DNA of 64,000 nt from Bryobacterales bacterium (GTDB lineage: Bacteria > Acidobacteriota > Terriglobia > Bryobacterales > UBA6623), in NCBI GenBank assembly GCA_963422375.2, contig CAXXKD010000001.1, forward strand, positions 288,001 to 352,000, read 5' to 3'. The notes under the pieces were generated by a model that saw nothing but the letters and a program-made list of their open reading frames with translations, searched no databases and had not been told where the DNA came from. This document shows positions 51,202 to 63,450 of this stretch, piece after piece. The stretch's first letter is position 1. Every line of letters begins with the position of its first letter. The position numbers and the translations under genes are program-made.

Positions 51202-53675
51202 TCACTGCGGGCGGTAGTCCACCCAGATGGGCGAGGCCCATGCCAGCTGGCCGTCCTCCTGCTGCAGGCGCACGTAGTAGTAGCTCTCCCCGGGGTTCGC
51301 GCCGGTGTCCCTGAAGGCGAAGGACGCCTCGCGCGTCCCTGGGCTGGCCGAGTAGAGGTAGGCGCCGTTCTTGATGATCTGGATCTCGTGGATCGGCCCC
51401 GTGCCCCGCGCCGTGACTTGGACGTCGGGCCTCTCCCGCACGCTCACGGAATCGCCCATGATCGCGTCGCCGACGCGCACGTCGAGCACGATGTTGTCGG
51501 TCGCGGCGTAGGCGTGGCGCTCCTGCAGCGCCCGGAAGATCCCTTCCCGCGTGGGTTCCTCGGCGTACACCGCGGCGTAGGAGATGTGGGTGGAGCGGTG
51601 GTCCGAGGACGCGATGAAGCCCAGCCGGTAGCCCTTGGCGAGCGCGCTGCGGGCGTAGCCGTCCGCGTAGCGCTCGGACGAACGGACCCGCGGAGACCCG
51701 GGGGCCTCGTAGCTCAGCCGGCACCCTTGGTAGATCTCTAGGAGGGGCTCCAGCGCGGGGTCGTTGAAGGAGAAGTCGGTCCCGCCGCCCGCGGCGATCG
51801 TGTGCGGGATGCTGATTGCGTTCCTGCCACTGAGCCGCTCCCACAGCCGCAGCTCCTCGGGCTGGCGCGGAAACTCCGCGCTTTCCCTGTCGCGATCTAG
51901 CGTCCGGTTGAACGGTGCGTCGCCTCGCTCGAGCTGGATGATGTTGCGGTGGCCGTAGGGCCAGCGGATGGTCCGCTCGTAGCCGAACAGCGGCGCGAAC
52001 CGTCCCCGCACGTGGAAGGCGTCGGCCAGCTTCTGGGTGCGCCACCAGTCGTAGCCGCGGTGCTCGGGCCGGCCGGCCAGCCCGCTCGCGCCGTAGTAGT
52101 GGTCGGTGGACGCGATGAAGTCGAGCTCGGCCGCGTCCAGCGCGTAGCGGTACATGTCCCATAGCGTGCCGTCGAATCCGCCGTCCCCGCTGATCTCGGT
52201 GTGCCGGTGCAGGTCTCCCCAGTAGAGCCGGAAGCGCCTGTCGCCGGCCGCTACCTCGTGCCGGCGGTCGGACCAAGCCGTGCGCCGGAAGGGGCGCGAG
52301 GCATCCGGGGCTGGGACCGGAGCCAGTTCGGGACGCGCCGCGCCCGACGCTGGCACCTCGGCCAGGCGAATCTTGCCGAGCGGCCGGTCGTCGTGGGGGA
52401 TCACCGGGCCGCCCGGGGCCCAGCGGTCGTCCGACGGGTAGGCGATCCACGCCCGCCCGTCCGGTCCGATCGCATGCGACAGGCGCTGATCGTTGCTGCC
52501 GGCGCTGCCCTCGACGCGCTCCGGCGCGGTCCACCGCGCGCCCTCGTAGGTCATGGAATGGATGTTCCAGGCGCCAGGACGCTCCTTCATGCTCCCGCCG
52601 TCGGCCCGGGGGACCCAGCGCCGCAGGAAGAGCCGGGGAGTTCCGCTCGGGTCGATCGCCATTCGAGGGATTTCGTAGGACAGAGCGAAGTCGGCGCTCA
52701 TCGCGTCTTCCAGCGACCCCGTCGGCCGCCAGCGCTGCGTGCCGGAGACAACCGCCACGCCGATCTTCTGCGCGTAGCGCAAGCTCACCAGCCGCCCGAC
52801 GGAGCCCTCGACGCTCCAAGGAGCGGGGCCCCCCCAGTCGGCCTGCCTGCTGTCGCGGGTCCAGCGCGGCATGTCGAGCGCCCAGTTCGGGCCCTGGTCG
52901 TCCCATGCCACCCACGCGCGTCCTTCGGGACGACGGCCACGGTGGCGCGTGCCTCGAACCGCGGCGAGTCGGCCACGGCCCGCTCCGGCGAGAGTTCGCC
53001 GCTTTCGAATACTCGGAGGTACACGTCGTAGTCCCCATGGCGGTAGGTGTCGTACACGATGAAGAGGCGGCCTTGCGCGTCGAGAGCGGCGTCCGGTTCC
53101 CAGTCGTTGGCTTCGTGCGAGGTGACCGGGATTACGGCGGACCAGCGGTTGCCGTCATGCACCTTGAGGTAGATGTTGGCGTCGCCGGTCCGGAAGGACT
53201 GCCAGACGAGGTACAGGCGGCCCGCGGGGCCGGCTAGCAGGCGGTGGTGGATGTCCGGCTGCGGATCCGTTGTCAAGCGTCGCACCGGTTCCCAGCGGCC
53301 GTCCCGCCAGCTGCGGGCGTATAGGTCGAAGTTCCCGGCGACTTGCGCCGACCAAGCCACCCAGATCCGCCCGTCCGGCTGGACGGCGAGTGCGGTCTTG
53401 AGATGGTCTCCGGCGCGGGCGCTGGCGACCATGGGTGTCTGCCACTCGCCGCCGGAGCGCTGACGGACGCGGATCTCGTCCGATCCGCGTCCGTCGTAGG
53501 AGGCCCAAGCGACCCACAGGTCTCCGTTCGGTGCGAACATCGCGGACGGCCAGTCCGCATGCTGGTCCGGCCCCGAGACTTGGACCGGCTGCGCTCGAGA
53601 CGGAGACGAGGCGAGCGAGCAGGCGCTGACGAAGGCGAGGACTCGGGCGGTTTTCAGAGCGGCGACGGTCGGCAC
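51202..53675 (-). pseudogene. Secreted beta-repeat plus PHP-like (DUF3604/CehA-like) metallohydrolase with one frameshift
   Basis: GTG 53675 with SD GAGGAG; repeated W(V/I)AW beta motifs; 1-nt loss near 52931; then LYWGDLHRHT, STDH, GHRN, IPH, EIYQG, GFIASSDH, YYYVR..Q.DG..AWASPIWV. Confidence 0.8.
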
Positions 53676-53907
53676 GTGCGGATCTCCTCTTGGCTCCTGC
53701 ATCGTAGCCTGCGCCTGCCGCGTGGACCCGGGCGGCCCGGCCAAGCCGAATCAGGCTGTCGCGCGCGCAGGTGCTGACGGCCGTCCGTTCCGGGGCAGGA
53801 CAGTCCGGCCGTCGAGGTGGCTGCCGCCGGCCCGGACCCTCGGTTCGCTCCGAAGCGAGGGCACGCTCGAACCGCCTCGGTAGCGCCCGCACGGCCGGCG
53901 TCGCTGC

Positions 53908-54680
53908 TAGGGTCCTGTCTAGGAAATTCGTGTACAGCAGTGCAGGACCGATTCCCAGATTTCGTCCGCCTGCGTCCAGACGAGCGGCTTGGGTTCTTGG
54001 TTAAAGACAGCGAGGTGCTCCTTGATCAGCTTCTCGAGCGCGAGGATACTGCGGTGGGTGCCGCACCGCATATGGCAGAGCGCGGCCTCGGCGAACGAGC
54101 GCTCGACTTAGCCGAGCCACGAAGGGCTGGTCGGCGTGAAGCGCCGGTGGTAGCGCGGGCGACGGGCCAGTCAGTCGGGGATCATCGCCGTTTCGTGCTT
54201 GCTGTAGTTGTCAAGCACGAAGTGGACATCTAGGTCGGGAGGGACCGCCTTGTCGATGTTTCCGAAGAAGCTCTCGAGCTCGACGGCCCGGCGCTGGCGG
54301 CAAGAGCTGCCAGTGACCCCGGGCTGAGGCGATGTCGAGGGCTGCCAAGAGCGAGGTGACACCGCTGCGCTCGGAGTGGTGCGTCAGCCGTTCCGGCGCT
54401 CCGGGCCGCATCGGCAGGACCGGATGGGTGCGATCGAGGGCCCGGATCCGCGACTTCTCGCCCATGTCCAGCACGACGGCCCACCCCAGCGGGGCCAGGT
54501 ACAGTCCGACGACAATCCCGACTCTCTCAACCAATAAATGGGCATGCGACAGCTGGAAGGTCTTGCTCCGGTGCGGCTCGGGGGCGATGGCTCGACAGAT
54601 GCGGCTCACGGTGGAGGAATTGAGACTGCAGTTCCTGGCCATCGAGCGAGTGCTCCAGCGCGCGGCCCCGCGCGGCACGG
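53908..54680 (-). mobile_element. IS630-family relic (degenerate transposase)
   Basis: WSTRSMA, IVVGLYLAP, EKSRIRALDRT.PVLPMRPG, HFVLDNYSKH, FTPTSPSWL, PKPLVWT, with stops and frameshifts; right end ...CAGGACCCTAG. Confidence 0.88.
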
Positions 54681-54682
54681 AC

Positions 54683-55900
54683 TCCAGGGTGCCAGAGAGG
54701 GGTGTTGAGGGCAGGCAGGCACTTGACTCGTCCTTGCGACTTGCGAGTCAGGATGAATGCCGTAAGTCTTGGATCCGCCGCGGAGCGCCATCCGCGAGAC
54801 GTGCGAGACGGCTGTCGGCCTGCCCGACCGTCGCACGGATCGCAACACGCGCTACGCGGTCAGCGATGCCGCCGGTTGCTCCCCGGCCTGCTTCTTGACC
54901 CGGTGCGAGTCGTTCGTCGAGTTCCAGCGGCGCATGGAGCGGGACGGCTTCCGCTCCGACTGCCGGACCCTGTTCGGCGTGGGCCGCATCCCTTGCGAGA
55001 ATCATATCCGCAACTTGCTCGACGGCCTCGACCCGGCCGCGTTCGCCCCGCTGTTCCGGCTGCGCCTCGAATCCGTGGGCGCGCTCGAGCCCTTCCAGCG
55101 CAAGGACGAGCGCCTGCTCGTCGCTTTGGACGGCGTCCGGTTCCACCGCTCCGACAGGGTGCATTGCCCGCGGTGCTCGGTGCGGCGCGTCGGCAGCGAG
55201 CGAGCGCAACGCCGCCAAGCGCTGGATCGACGCTCACGGCGCCTGGCTGCAGGCCTGGCGGGCGACGACCTGTAGTGCCGCCAGCCCGTCTGCGCGGCGG
55301 CCGCGGCCCCCGGCATGGACTACATCCCGGTACGCAAGCCCGGATCCCACAAGCGCTTGTACGAGGTGCTGGAGAGTCGGCGGGCGAGCGGCGAAGTGCA
55401 ACCGACTGGCTGGCTGCCGCGGCGCGGGCGGGGCAAGCGGTCCGAGCGGCACCGCTTCCGCCGGGCGGACGCGGTGCCCCTGGGCAAGGGCCGCGAGGCC
55501 CTGCCCGGCACTTGGATCGAGTGCGCCGCGGAGCACGGCGGCAAGCGCACCTGCGCCAACTGCATCTTCGCCAGTCGCGAGGTCACCGCGGACAATAGGG
55601 AGAGGATCGCGCGGGCCGACCGGGCGCGCTGGAAGACCGAGAACGAGGGCTTCAACTGCCTGGCGCGGGACGGCCGCTACACCAAGCGCAACTGCGGGCC
55701 CGGTAAGGCAGCGCTGGCCAACGTGCCGGCCGTGCTGGACCTGTCCGCCGTCGCGCTCCATGCCGTGCTGCAGTGAGCCTGCGCGCTGTGGCAGCGGTGC
55801 CGGCTCAAGCTGGTCACGCACCGCGACTTGTTCCGGGAGCTGCAGGTCGCGCTGCGCTGGTTCTGCTTCCAGGACTGGCTGACCCTGCTAGCGCCGCCGG
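54683..55900 (+). mobile_element. ISNCY-like transposase pseudogene
   Basis: LPDRRTDRNTRY, SFVEFQRRME, IPCENHIRNLLD, LLVALDGV, RARWKTENEGFN; frameshifts and deletions. End approximate. Confidence 0.85.
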
Positions 55901-56775
55901 GCTGCCGGCCGGCCTCGCGGGGGCCTAGCCTCCGCGCAGCTTCGTGCCGGCAGCGTCCCGCGAGTGGCTGGCCGTGGCCGCCGGCTACCGCCGGAGTGAG
56001 TCCGGCCGCGGGTTGGGCACTACGCCGACCCGCTGCGGGGGCCGCGCCGTGGCCCTGCCAGCCGTTCGACCCTCCCGCGGGGCGGCCTCGGTAGCGCGAC
56101 CCCTCGGTCAACTTGTTCACCTCATCTTCCGGAACAACGTTCACGCACCCCCGTGATGGACAAGCTTGGAATCGCTGGTGGACAACCTTGCCGTCGGCAC
56201 GAGATTCGGGCGACCGATGGATACGCCAGGCCTATTTCACAGTCAAGAACGCAATCGACGATCTCTGCATCTCGTCAAGAGCGGGCGCTAGCCGGGCCAA
56301 TGGCACCAGACCAACGGGGCGTTCGAGAGAGGAGCCCCTTTCGGCGGCCGACCCGTCATGCGAGGTCTCGCGCACGGCGGGAACGTCGCCGCACTTCCGA
56401 CCGACGGCCGCAGACCCCGGCCTCTTGCGGGACCGTAGGCTCGGGCGCTGCGTGAGCCGGGTCGCGGTCGCCGCTTGGCGCGTATTTGCCTGCGATGTTC
56501 GAATGGGCTTGATCGCTTCGCATTCGGGCCCGGGACGAGGCTCCGTGCTCAATCCGAACCACTCCTACGAACGGCGCTCGCGCACTCCGGCCAGCAAGGT
56601 TAGGTCCGCCAGGGCCGCTGCCAGAGCGGACCGATAAGGCACTGGCGGCCCAAGAACCGGCACGAATCGCCCTCACTGGCCCCGCGTCCGCTAAACGAAC
56701 GCCCGTTTCGGCAATCCGAATGCCATTGCCGCGCAGCCTCTGGCGTGTACTGGAGCGCGATGAGCCGCCCGGGCG

Positions 56776-59081
56776 TCACTTGAGCCACACCGGCGAGCTC
56801 CAGGCGTACTTGCCGAATTCCTGCCGCTGGTAGCCGCTCTCTCGAGAGCGACCCTTCAGCCACACCCGAGCGTAGTAGTAGGTGCCCGGCACGGGACCGC
56901 TCGAATCGCGATAGGTGAAGGTCGCGCTTGAAGCCTCTGCCTCGGGCGCGTACGAGTAGACGAACTTGCCGTTGCTCGCGATCTCGATCTTTTCGATCAC
57001 GGATCGCGCCGCGACCTCGACGGAGATCTTGGGCGCGGCTCCGCCGGCCTCTGTCTCGCCGCCTTGGAACGTCCCGTTGACAAGAAAATCCAGCGTGATC
57101 GGCTCGCCCCCACGGAGAGCGTACGTGCGCCTCGCGCGCAGCGCGTCGATTACCGCGTCGTGGCTCGGCTCCTTCGCCAGCACGGCGAGCATGCCGGTGT
57201 TGTATCCGCTGATGCCGTCGTGGCGGTCGCTCGAGCCCACGAACCCGAATCTAGCTCCGGTAGCCAAGCCGTCCTGGATCGACGTCTTGCCGACGGGCGG
57301 GCGCCGCAGCCAGTCGGTGACGGCGTTGGCTCTGTCGTACGTTTAGTAGACCCCGTGCGCGGAGGTCACTTCGACGACAGGCTCGGCCACCGGATCGTGC
57401 TTGGACCAGTCCATCGCCCCCCACGGTGCCCCCACGTGATGCACCCACGGAACCGCGTTGTCGCCGGCGAGCAGTCGGCGCAGTTCCTCGATAGAGTCGC
57501 TTGCGGGATCGGTGATGCGGTAGACGGGCGAGAATCGCCGCAAAAAGATGACCGTGCGGTCGCCGAACCGGCGTCGCCCCGCGGCGTCGCCGCTCCATTC
57601 GTAGCTGGCGAAGCCCTCGAAGCGGCCCTCCTCCGACAGCACGCCGGCGTAGGCCTGCTCGATCCGGTACTTCGAGTTGGTCATGGACGGCCAGTCGTGG
57701 TCCGAAGTGGCGCCGAAGTCGAGCACGCCGCTCTCCATCGCGTTGAGATAGTAGCGGTCCGTCCAGAATTCGATTGTGCGATCGCCGGGATACTCTCCTA
57801 GGTGGGTGTGCAGTTCGCCGTAGTAAGAGGTTGTAGGTCTCTCCCGCGATCTCGAGCGTCGCGCGCCGGGGCTTTACCGGGCGGGGCCTGCCGGGCTTGG
57901 TCTCTCCGAGCGGACTCTCGGCCTGCGGAGCCGAGATGTCGGCGCGGGCCGCCGGGAGAGCCTTGCGCAGGATCATCATGTCCGTCGCGTGCCAGAAGCC
58001 GTCGTCCTCGAAGATCGGGGCGCGGTATCCGATGGCGACGCCCAGCGAGAACCGTTGGATCCGGGTCCCGTCGAACCATGCTCCCGCCGACTCCGGCGAC
58101 CTTCCGGCGCGATAGCCCGGGTTGCCCGGATGGAAAGTCGCGGTTTGGTGCAGGAACCAGAACCGTCCGGCTCTGTCGATGGTGAACTCGTCCAAGCGGT
58201 CCATCCCGGAGACGAAGTTGCGGGCCTCTGCCGGGAGTTCGACGCGCTGGCCGTTCCGGCTTCCCGCCACTCGCTTCGAGGCGTGGATCCATGCGGTGCC
58301 GTCAGGCGCGAAGCGGATCATCGGGCGCTGCTCGTCCCTGGGCGACGCGAAGAACGCGATTTCCTCCGACCAACCGCCCGCCGTCATGGTGCGGACGAAC
58401 ACGTCGTAGTCGCCGCCCGCCCAACGGTCGGAGGCGAGCCAGACCTTGCCGTCGGCGGCGGTGGCGATGTGAGGGCGGAAGCTGAAGCCCGTCTCCGGAG
58501 TTACGGCGAGCGTATCCCAGGATCCGTTCTTCAGTGCGCCGACCGCGATCCGCACTGAGCCCTTGCGGGCCGTCTCCCAGGCGACCAAGGGCGTTCCGTC
58601 CGGCTGCAGCGCGATCGACGGCCTCATGTCGGGCCCTCTCGACGTGCTCACGCGAGACACTCGTCCCAGGCTGGTCCCGTCCCAGTGGCGTGCGTACACG
58701 TCGAATGTTCTGCTCGAGTTCGTTGAATTCGGACCACGCGATCCAGATGCCGCCGGCGCTGTCCGCGACGGCTGCCGGGCTGTAGACGCACCCGTCGCGG
58801 TCATTTACCTTGGCGATGGACGTCCAGTGGTCCCCCTGCCACCGGCCCAGCGAGACGAATTGGCGGGTCGAGTTGAGCCGGTCCGTGGCATTCGACTGGA
58901 CACCGATCGTGTACACTGCTCCCCGGCTGTCGCGCAGCACGCTGCGGCACTCCTCGCGCGTCGTGGGATGAAAGCGGTTGCCGCCCTGGCCGGAGTAGAT
59001 GTCGAGGTAGGCGTATTCGACCGGGCCTTGGGCCCAAACCGTCGCGGCGACCGCCACGAGCGAGGCGCAAGCGATCCTCAT
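56776..59081 (-). pseudogene. Second secreted beta-repeat plus PHP-like (DUF3604-like) protein, disrupted
   Basis: Signal peptide at 59081; frameshifts near 58710 and 57826; YGELHTH, TSDHD, YEWS, HH; nonsense TAA at 57343-57345 (HGVY*); GFVGSSDRH, YYYARV, AWSSPVW. Confidence 0.82.
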
Positions 59082-59742
59082 AGCGGCTTGATTCTACCCG
59101 CCCGCGGCACCGCGAGAGGCGGTCTCGCTCCCTTCGAGCAGGATCTTTCCGCGGTCTCCCGCTCTCAGCCCGCTCGCCCTCGCCTGATGGGACGGCATGT
59201 CGTGCTTCCGGAAGCGCGTGCAGTCGGAATTCCCGGGCCGGAAGGCATCCCAGAACCAGAAGTCGGCGGCGTGTCCGGACCGGGCCATTCCTAATCGAAT
59301 GGACGGTCGACCGAGCAGATTCGGAGTCCGGTGCGAGCCGCTCTCCCCCGGGAGCTGGCGGCCCGCGGTGCTCGCAACTCGAGTGTGCTCGGCGCGTAGC
59401 GCTCACGTGCGCAATGCGCTCTCGTCACCGATCAGCGCCTGTTCGCAGGCGCGGCACCTCTCCACACTTGGGGCCGTCGACGCCCTTGACAGCTGTCAGG
59501 GTCTTGGAGAGGCTGACCCTGGCCTCGCTGAGGTTCGAAGTGGACCCGCCGTACGCGGGCGGAGTGGCCGCGGGAATGCGAATCGACTCCTCCTGCGGGC
59601 ACCCTTCGGTGGGCCCAGAAATCGCGGTTCCCGCACGTCTCGGACTGACCTGCAAGCGCCTCCCGCCCTTCGAGCGAGCCTCGCAACTGGACACCTCGGT
59701 GTCGCGGGGCCCTCCGTGCCTAGCGACTGGAAACGGTACGGG

Positions 59743-60105
59743 TCAGTTCAGTCTCGGTTTCGCCATCAGGCGTCGCAGCGCCTCGACCCGTCCCCGATTC
59801 ACCCCGAAGTCGTAGAAGCCGACACGCGACGCGGATCGGACGTGGATCGCGCGCTCCGCAGCGCACAGGCTCGCTTCGAGGTCATCGACGAACCCGAGAA
59901 GAGTGCGGCAGGTCGCATGAACGTAGGTGTCGTTGACAGCGACGATTTCGGTTCGCGGGAAAGCTGCCAGCAGTGTCTTCAAGCGCCCGAAGGCCTTGCC
60001 CGGATCGCGGGAAATCGCGATCGGCGCGACGTAGCTGCGACTCGACGGGGAGGCGCGGCTGCATACGCAATTCGGACGGTCGGGGCAAGGAGCGAGCTTG
60101 CGCAT
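59743..60105 (-). CDS. DUF1499 domain protein
   Basis: LAPCPDRPNCVCS, GFVDDLE, IHVRSASRVG..DFGVNR.R. Confidence 0.88.
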   Translation of the reverse strand: MRKLAPCPDRPNCVCSRASPSSRSYVAPIAISRDPGKAFGRLKTLLAAFPRTEIVAVNDTYVHATCRTLLGFVDDLEASLCAAERAIHVRSASRVGFYDFGVNRGRVEALRRLMAKPRLN

Positions 60106-60398
60106 GTTTCGGGAGCGGAGCGTTCAGTGTACCGTCGACTCTCGGACGGGTCCGACCGCGGGATGCAACCAATCTTGCAGGCCTGTGGATCATGCATGGC
60201 GTCGAGCTTGGCGCATCTCGCGATTAAGAGTCTGTTCCCACGCGCCCGTTCTGCGTTCGTTGTGATGTCGGTGGAGCATCGGGTCCGAGCTGCCCGTCGA
60301 CGATTTCCGGACCGGGTGCGGCGAGAAGAGCGGGATCCTTCCGGTTGTGCGAGGGCGCGACCCGCCACGTCCCCCGTGCGCGAAGGGCTCTCGCTCCG

Positions 60399-61840
60399 TC
60401 ACGAGAGATCGATGCGGAAGGCGTGGGCGTGGCGCTCGGGCAACGGAGAGTCGAGCGTCACCGTCAGCCTGCCGTTCGCGTAGGTGGCGGGCGCTGTGCG
60501 CGTCTCGCCCAGCACGGCGACCTCGGCGCTGCCGCCCGGCATGCCGAGATCAAGCGCGACTTGCCTGGACTTCGGCTGTCCCAGCATGATCGCGTAGATC
60601 GACGCTCCCTTGGACGTGAACCGCACCGGCTGTCCGTCCGCGGTCTCGCCGGACGCTCGGTTCCACGGCCGCGTCCCGTAAATCGCCTCGCCGTTGGCGC
60701 CGAGCCACTCGCCGAGCGCGCACAGCCTGCTCGCCTGGAGTTCCGGGACCGTGCCGTCCGCCATCGGCCCGGCGTTGAGCAGCAGGTTGCCGTTCTTGCT
60801 CGCGATGTCGGCCAGCAGGTGTATCAGCTCGGCTTCCCCGATGGTGTGCTCCTGCGTCTCGGCGCGGTTGTAGCCGAACGAGAAGCCGAGTCCGCGACAG
60901 GTCTCCCACTTGAAGTCCGTGATCTCGTCCATCCGGGCGTACTCGGGCGTGGTGAAGTCATGGTGCCGTTGCGGAGCGCCGTCCTTGCCGATCTCGAACC
61001 GGTTGTTGATCAGGCCGTCCGGATGCGTGTTGTAGAAGTCGGCCACGATGCTTGCTAGGTCGGCCTGCTCGGGATAGCCGATGTCATTCCAGAGGACGGT
61101 CGGGTCGTACTTCCGAATCAACTCGCGCCAGTGCGCGTCCGCGTAGTCCGCGAATTCCTGCGTGTGAATGATCGTGCCCCGCACTTTCGCGATATCGTCG
61201 ATAGGCTCGGGATTGAAGCTCCAGTCCAGACCGCCCGAGTAGTAGAAGCCCATCCGCATGTTCTCCGCCTTGACCGCGGAGGTCAGCTCGCCCACGATGT
61301 CGCGTGCGCTGGCCCGCCTGCCCGGCGGCAGGTTCGGGTTCTCGACCTCGCTCGGCCAGAGCGTGAATCCGTCGTGGTGCTTGGTGGTGAGCACGACGTA
61401 GCGGGCGCCCGCGCCGGCGAACAGGGACGCCATGGCGGTGGATCCCACTTCTCGGCGGCCGCGTTGAACGGAGGCGCGAAATCCATGTAGTCGAAGTCGG
61501 CGCCGTAGGTCGTACTGTGGTGCCTTTGGGTGGGCGAGCCGGAGATCCGCAGCGTGTTGAGGTACCACTCCGAGTACGGGTTGTTGGTGAACCACGTGCC
61601 CCAGTCGATCTTGCCGAGCTCGCCGACGGGAGTGGCCCAGGCTGGCACGGAGTACAGTCCCCAGTGAACGAAGATCCCGAGCTTGGCGTCGTGGAACCAC
61701 TCCGGCGCCGCATGCGTGCGGATCGAATCCCAGTAGGGCGCGAAGGTCCGGGCCTCCGGCGGGCGCCCCCCGCATCCGGGCAGAACGGCCGCCGCGCTCG
61801 CGGCCGCGAGGAAGTCTCGTCGCGTGGGTGGGTTCGCCAT
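60399..61840 (-). pseudogene. Alpha-L-fucosidase (GH29), Tat lipoprotein, with one frameshift
   Basis: TRRDFL...LPGC, WFHDAKLGIFVHWGLYSVP; shift near 61440 (WDP|TAMASLF); VLTTKHHDGF, LWND, KWETCRG, SKNGNLLLN, NGEAIYGTRPW. Confidence 0.88.
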
Positions 61841-61979
61841 GGGTCTCCTGGCTCCTCGTCTCGCCGGGGCGCCTCGTCCCGCGTCGCGGGCGAGGTGCCG
61901 TCGGGCTGCTCCCCCCGAGGCCCGGGTAGGCGGGCGGGCCCCGCGTTTGTCTAGGCCGCTGGTCCCGCCTAGCCGCGCC

Positions 61980-63443
61980 TCATGCGAGCAACGACTCCAC
62001 GACCTCGCCATGCACGTCGGTCAGCCGGAAATGCCTGCCTTGGTACTTGAACGTCAGCCGTCTGTGGTCGATGCCCAGGCAGTGCAGCGCCGTCGCCTGC
62101 AGGTCGTACACATGCACCGGATCCTCGGCCACGTTGTAGCAGTAGTCGTCGGTCCGGCCGTGAACCGAACCCGCCTTGATCCCGCCGCCCGCCATCCACA
62201 TGGTGAAGCAGCGCGGATGGTGGTCGCGTCCGTAGTTGGTCTCGCTGAGCTTGCCTTGGCAGTAGACCGTTCGCCCGAACTCGCCGCCCCAGATCACGAG
62301 CGTGTCGTCCAGCAGGCCCCTCTCCTTGAGATCGTGCACGAGCGCCGCCGATGCTCGATCCGTGTCCCTCGCCTGGAGGCGGATGTCGCGTGGCAGGTCC
62401 AGGTGCTGGTCCCAGCCGCGATGGAACAGCTGCACGAAGCGCACGTCCCGCTCGGCAAGCCGCCGCGCCAGCAAGCAGTTGGCGGCGTAGGTTCCAGGAC
62501 GGCGCGCGTCGGGACCGTAGCGCTCGAACACGTGGTCCGGCTCATTCGACAGGTCCATCAGCTCCGGCACGGACGCCTGCATGCGATACGCCATCTCGTA
62601 CTGCGCGATGCGGGTCTCGATCTCCGGGTCGCCGAACTCCCGCGAGCGCAGGCGGTTGATCTCGGATACCGCGTCCAGCATGCTGCGCCGCGTGCACTCG
62701 TCGATACCCCGGGGATTGGAGAGGTACAGGACGGGGTCGTCGCTCGAGCGGAACTTGACCCCCTGGTACTTCGAGGGCAGGAAGCCCGAGCCCCACAGCC
62801 GCGAGAAGAGCGGCTGGGACTGGTTCAGGTTGCTGCCCTGGGAGATCAGCACGACGAAGCCCGGCAGGTCGCGATTCGCGCTGCCGAGCCCGTAGCTCAC
62901 CCACGAGCCCATCGACGGCCGCCCGGGCTGCTGGAAGCCGCTCTGGATGAACGTGATCGCCGGGTCGTGGTTGATCGCGTCCGTCTGGACGGTCTTCACG
63001 AGGGCGATGTCGTCCGCCACGCTGCCGATGTGCGGCAGCAGCTCGCTCAACTCGGTGCCCGCTTGGCCGTGCCGGCGGAACTGGAAGACGGAGGCGGCCA
63101 CCGGCAGGCGGTCCTGGCCGGCCGTCATGCCCGTGATCCGCTGGCCCTTGCGGACGCTGTCGGGCAGGTCCTGGCCGTGAAACTCGCGCAACAGCGGCTT
63201 GTGGTCGAACAAGTCGATCTGCGACGGCGCTCCCGACTGGAACATGTAGATGACGCGCTTGGCGGACGGCGCGAAGTGGGGCAGGCCCGGCAGCCCTTCC
63301 GGGTCGGCCCCGGCGCCTCGGGCGGCCGCGTATCCGTCCCCGGCCAGCAGGCACGACAGCGCGGCCGGGCCGATGCCCGTCGCCGCGCGGCCGAAGAACT
63401 GGCGCCGCGTCGACTGCAGGCCGAGCTCGAGCTTGGGATTCAT
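61980..63443 (-). CDS. DUF1501 domain protein (paralog of 9802..11235)
   Basis: [41 protein letters not shown]. Confidence 0.93.
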   Translation of the reverse strand: MNPKLELGLQSTRRQFFGRAATGIGPAALSCLLAGDGYAAARGAGADPEGLPGLPHFAPSAKRVIYMFQSGAPSQIDLFDHKPLLREFHGQDLPDSVRKGQRITGMTAGQDRLPVAASVFQFRRHGQAGTELSELLPHIGSVADDIALVKTVQTDAINHDPAITFIQSGFQQPGRPSMGSWVSYGLGSANRDLPGFVVLISQGSNLNQSQPLFSRLWGSGFLPSKYQGVKFRSSDDPVLYLSNPRGIDECTRRSMLDAVSEINRLRSREFGDPEIETRIAQYEMAYRMQASVPELMDLSNEPDHVFERYGPDARRPGTYAANCLLARRLAERDVRFVQLFHRGWDQHLDLPRDIRLQARDTDRASAALVHDLKERGLLDDTLVIWGGEFGRTVYCQGKLSETNYGRDHHPRCFTMWMAGGGIKAGSVHGRTDDYCYNVAEDPVHVYDLQATALHCLGIDHRRLTFKYQGRHFRLTDVHGEVVESLLA

Positions 63444-63450
63444 GGCGGGG

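Noticed and set aside
55900..56770. Small ORFs between the ISNCY relic and the second hydrolase (similarly 16850-17270 and 20670-21270)
   Set aside because: No recognisable homology or start signals; probably decayed sequence.
59400..59740. Cluster of hairpins downstream of the DUF1499 gene as an ncRNA
   Set aside because: Short GC-rich stems are expected by chance; no known RNA motif or promoter recognised.
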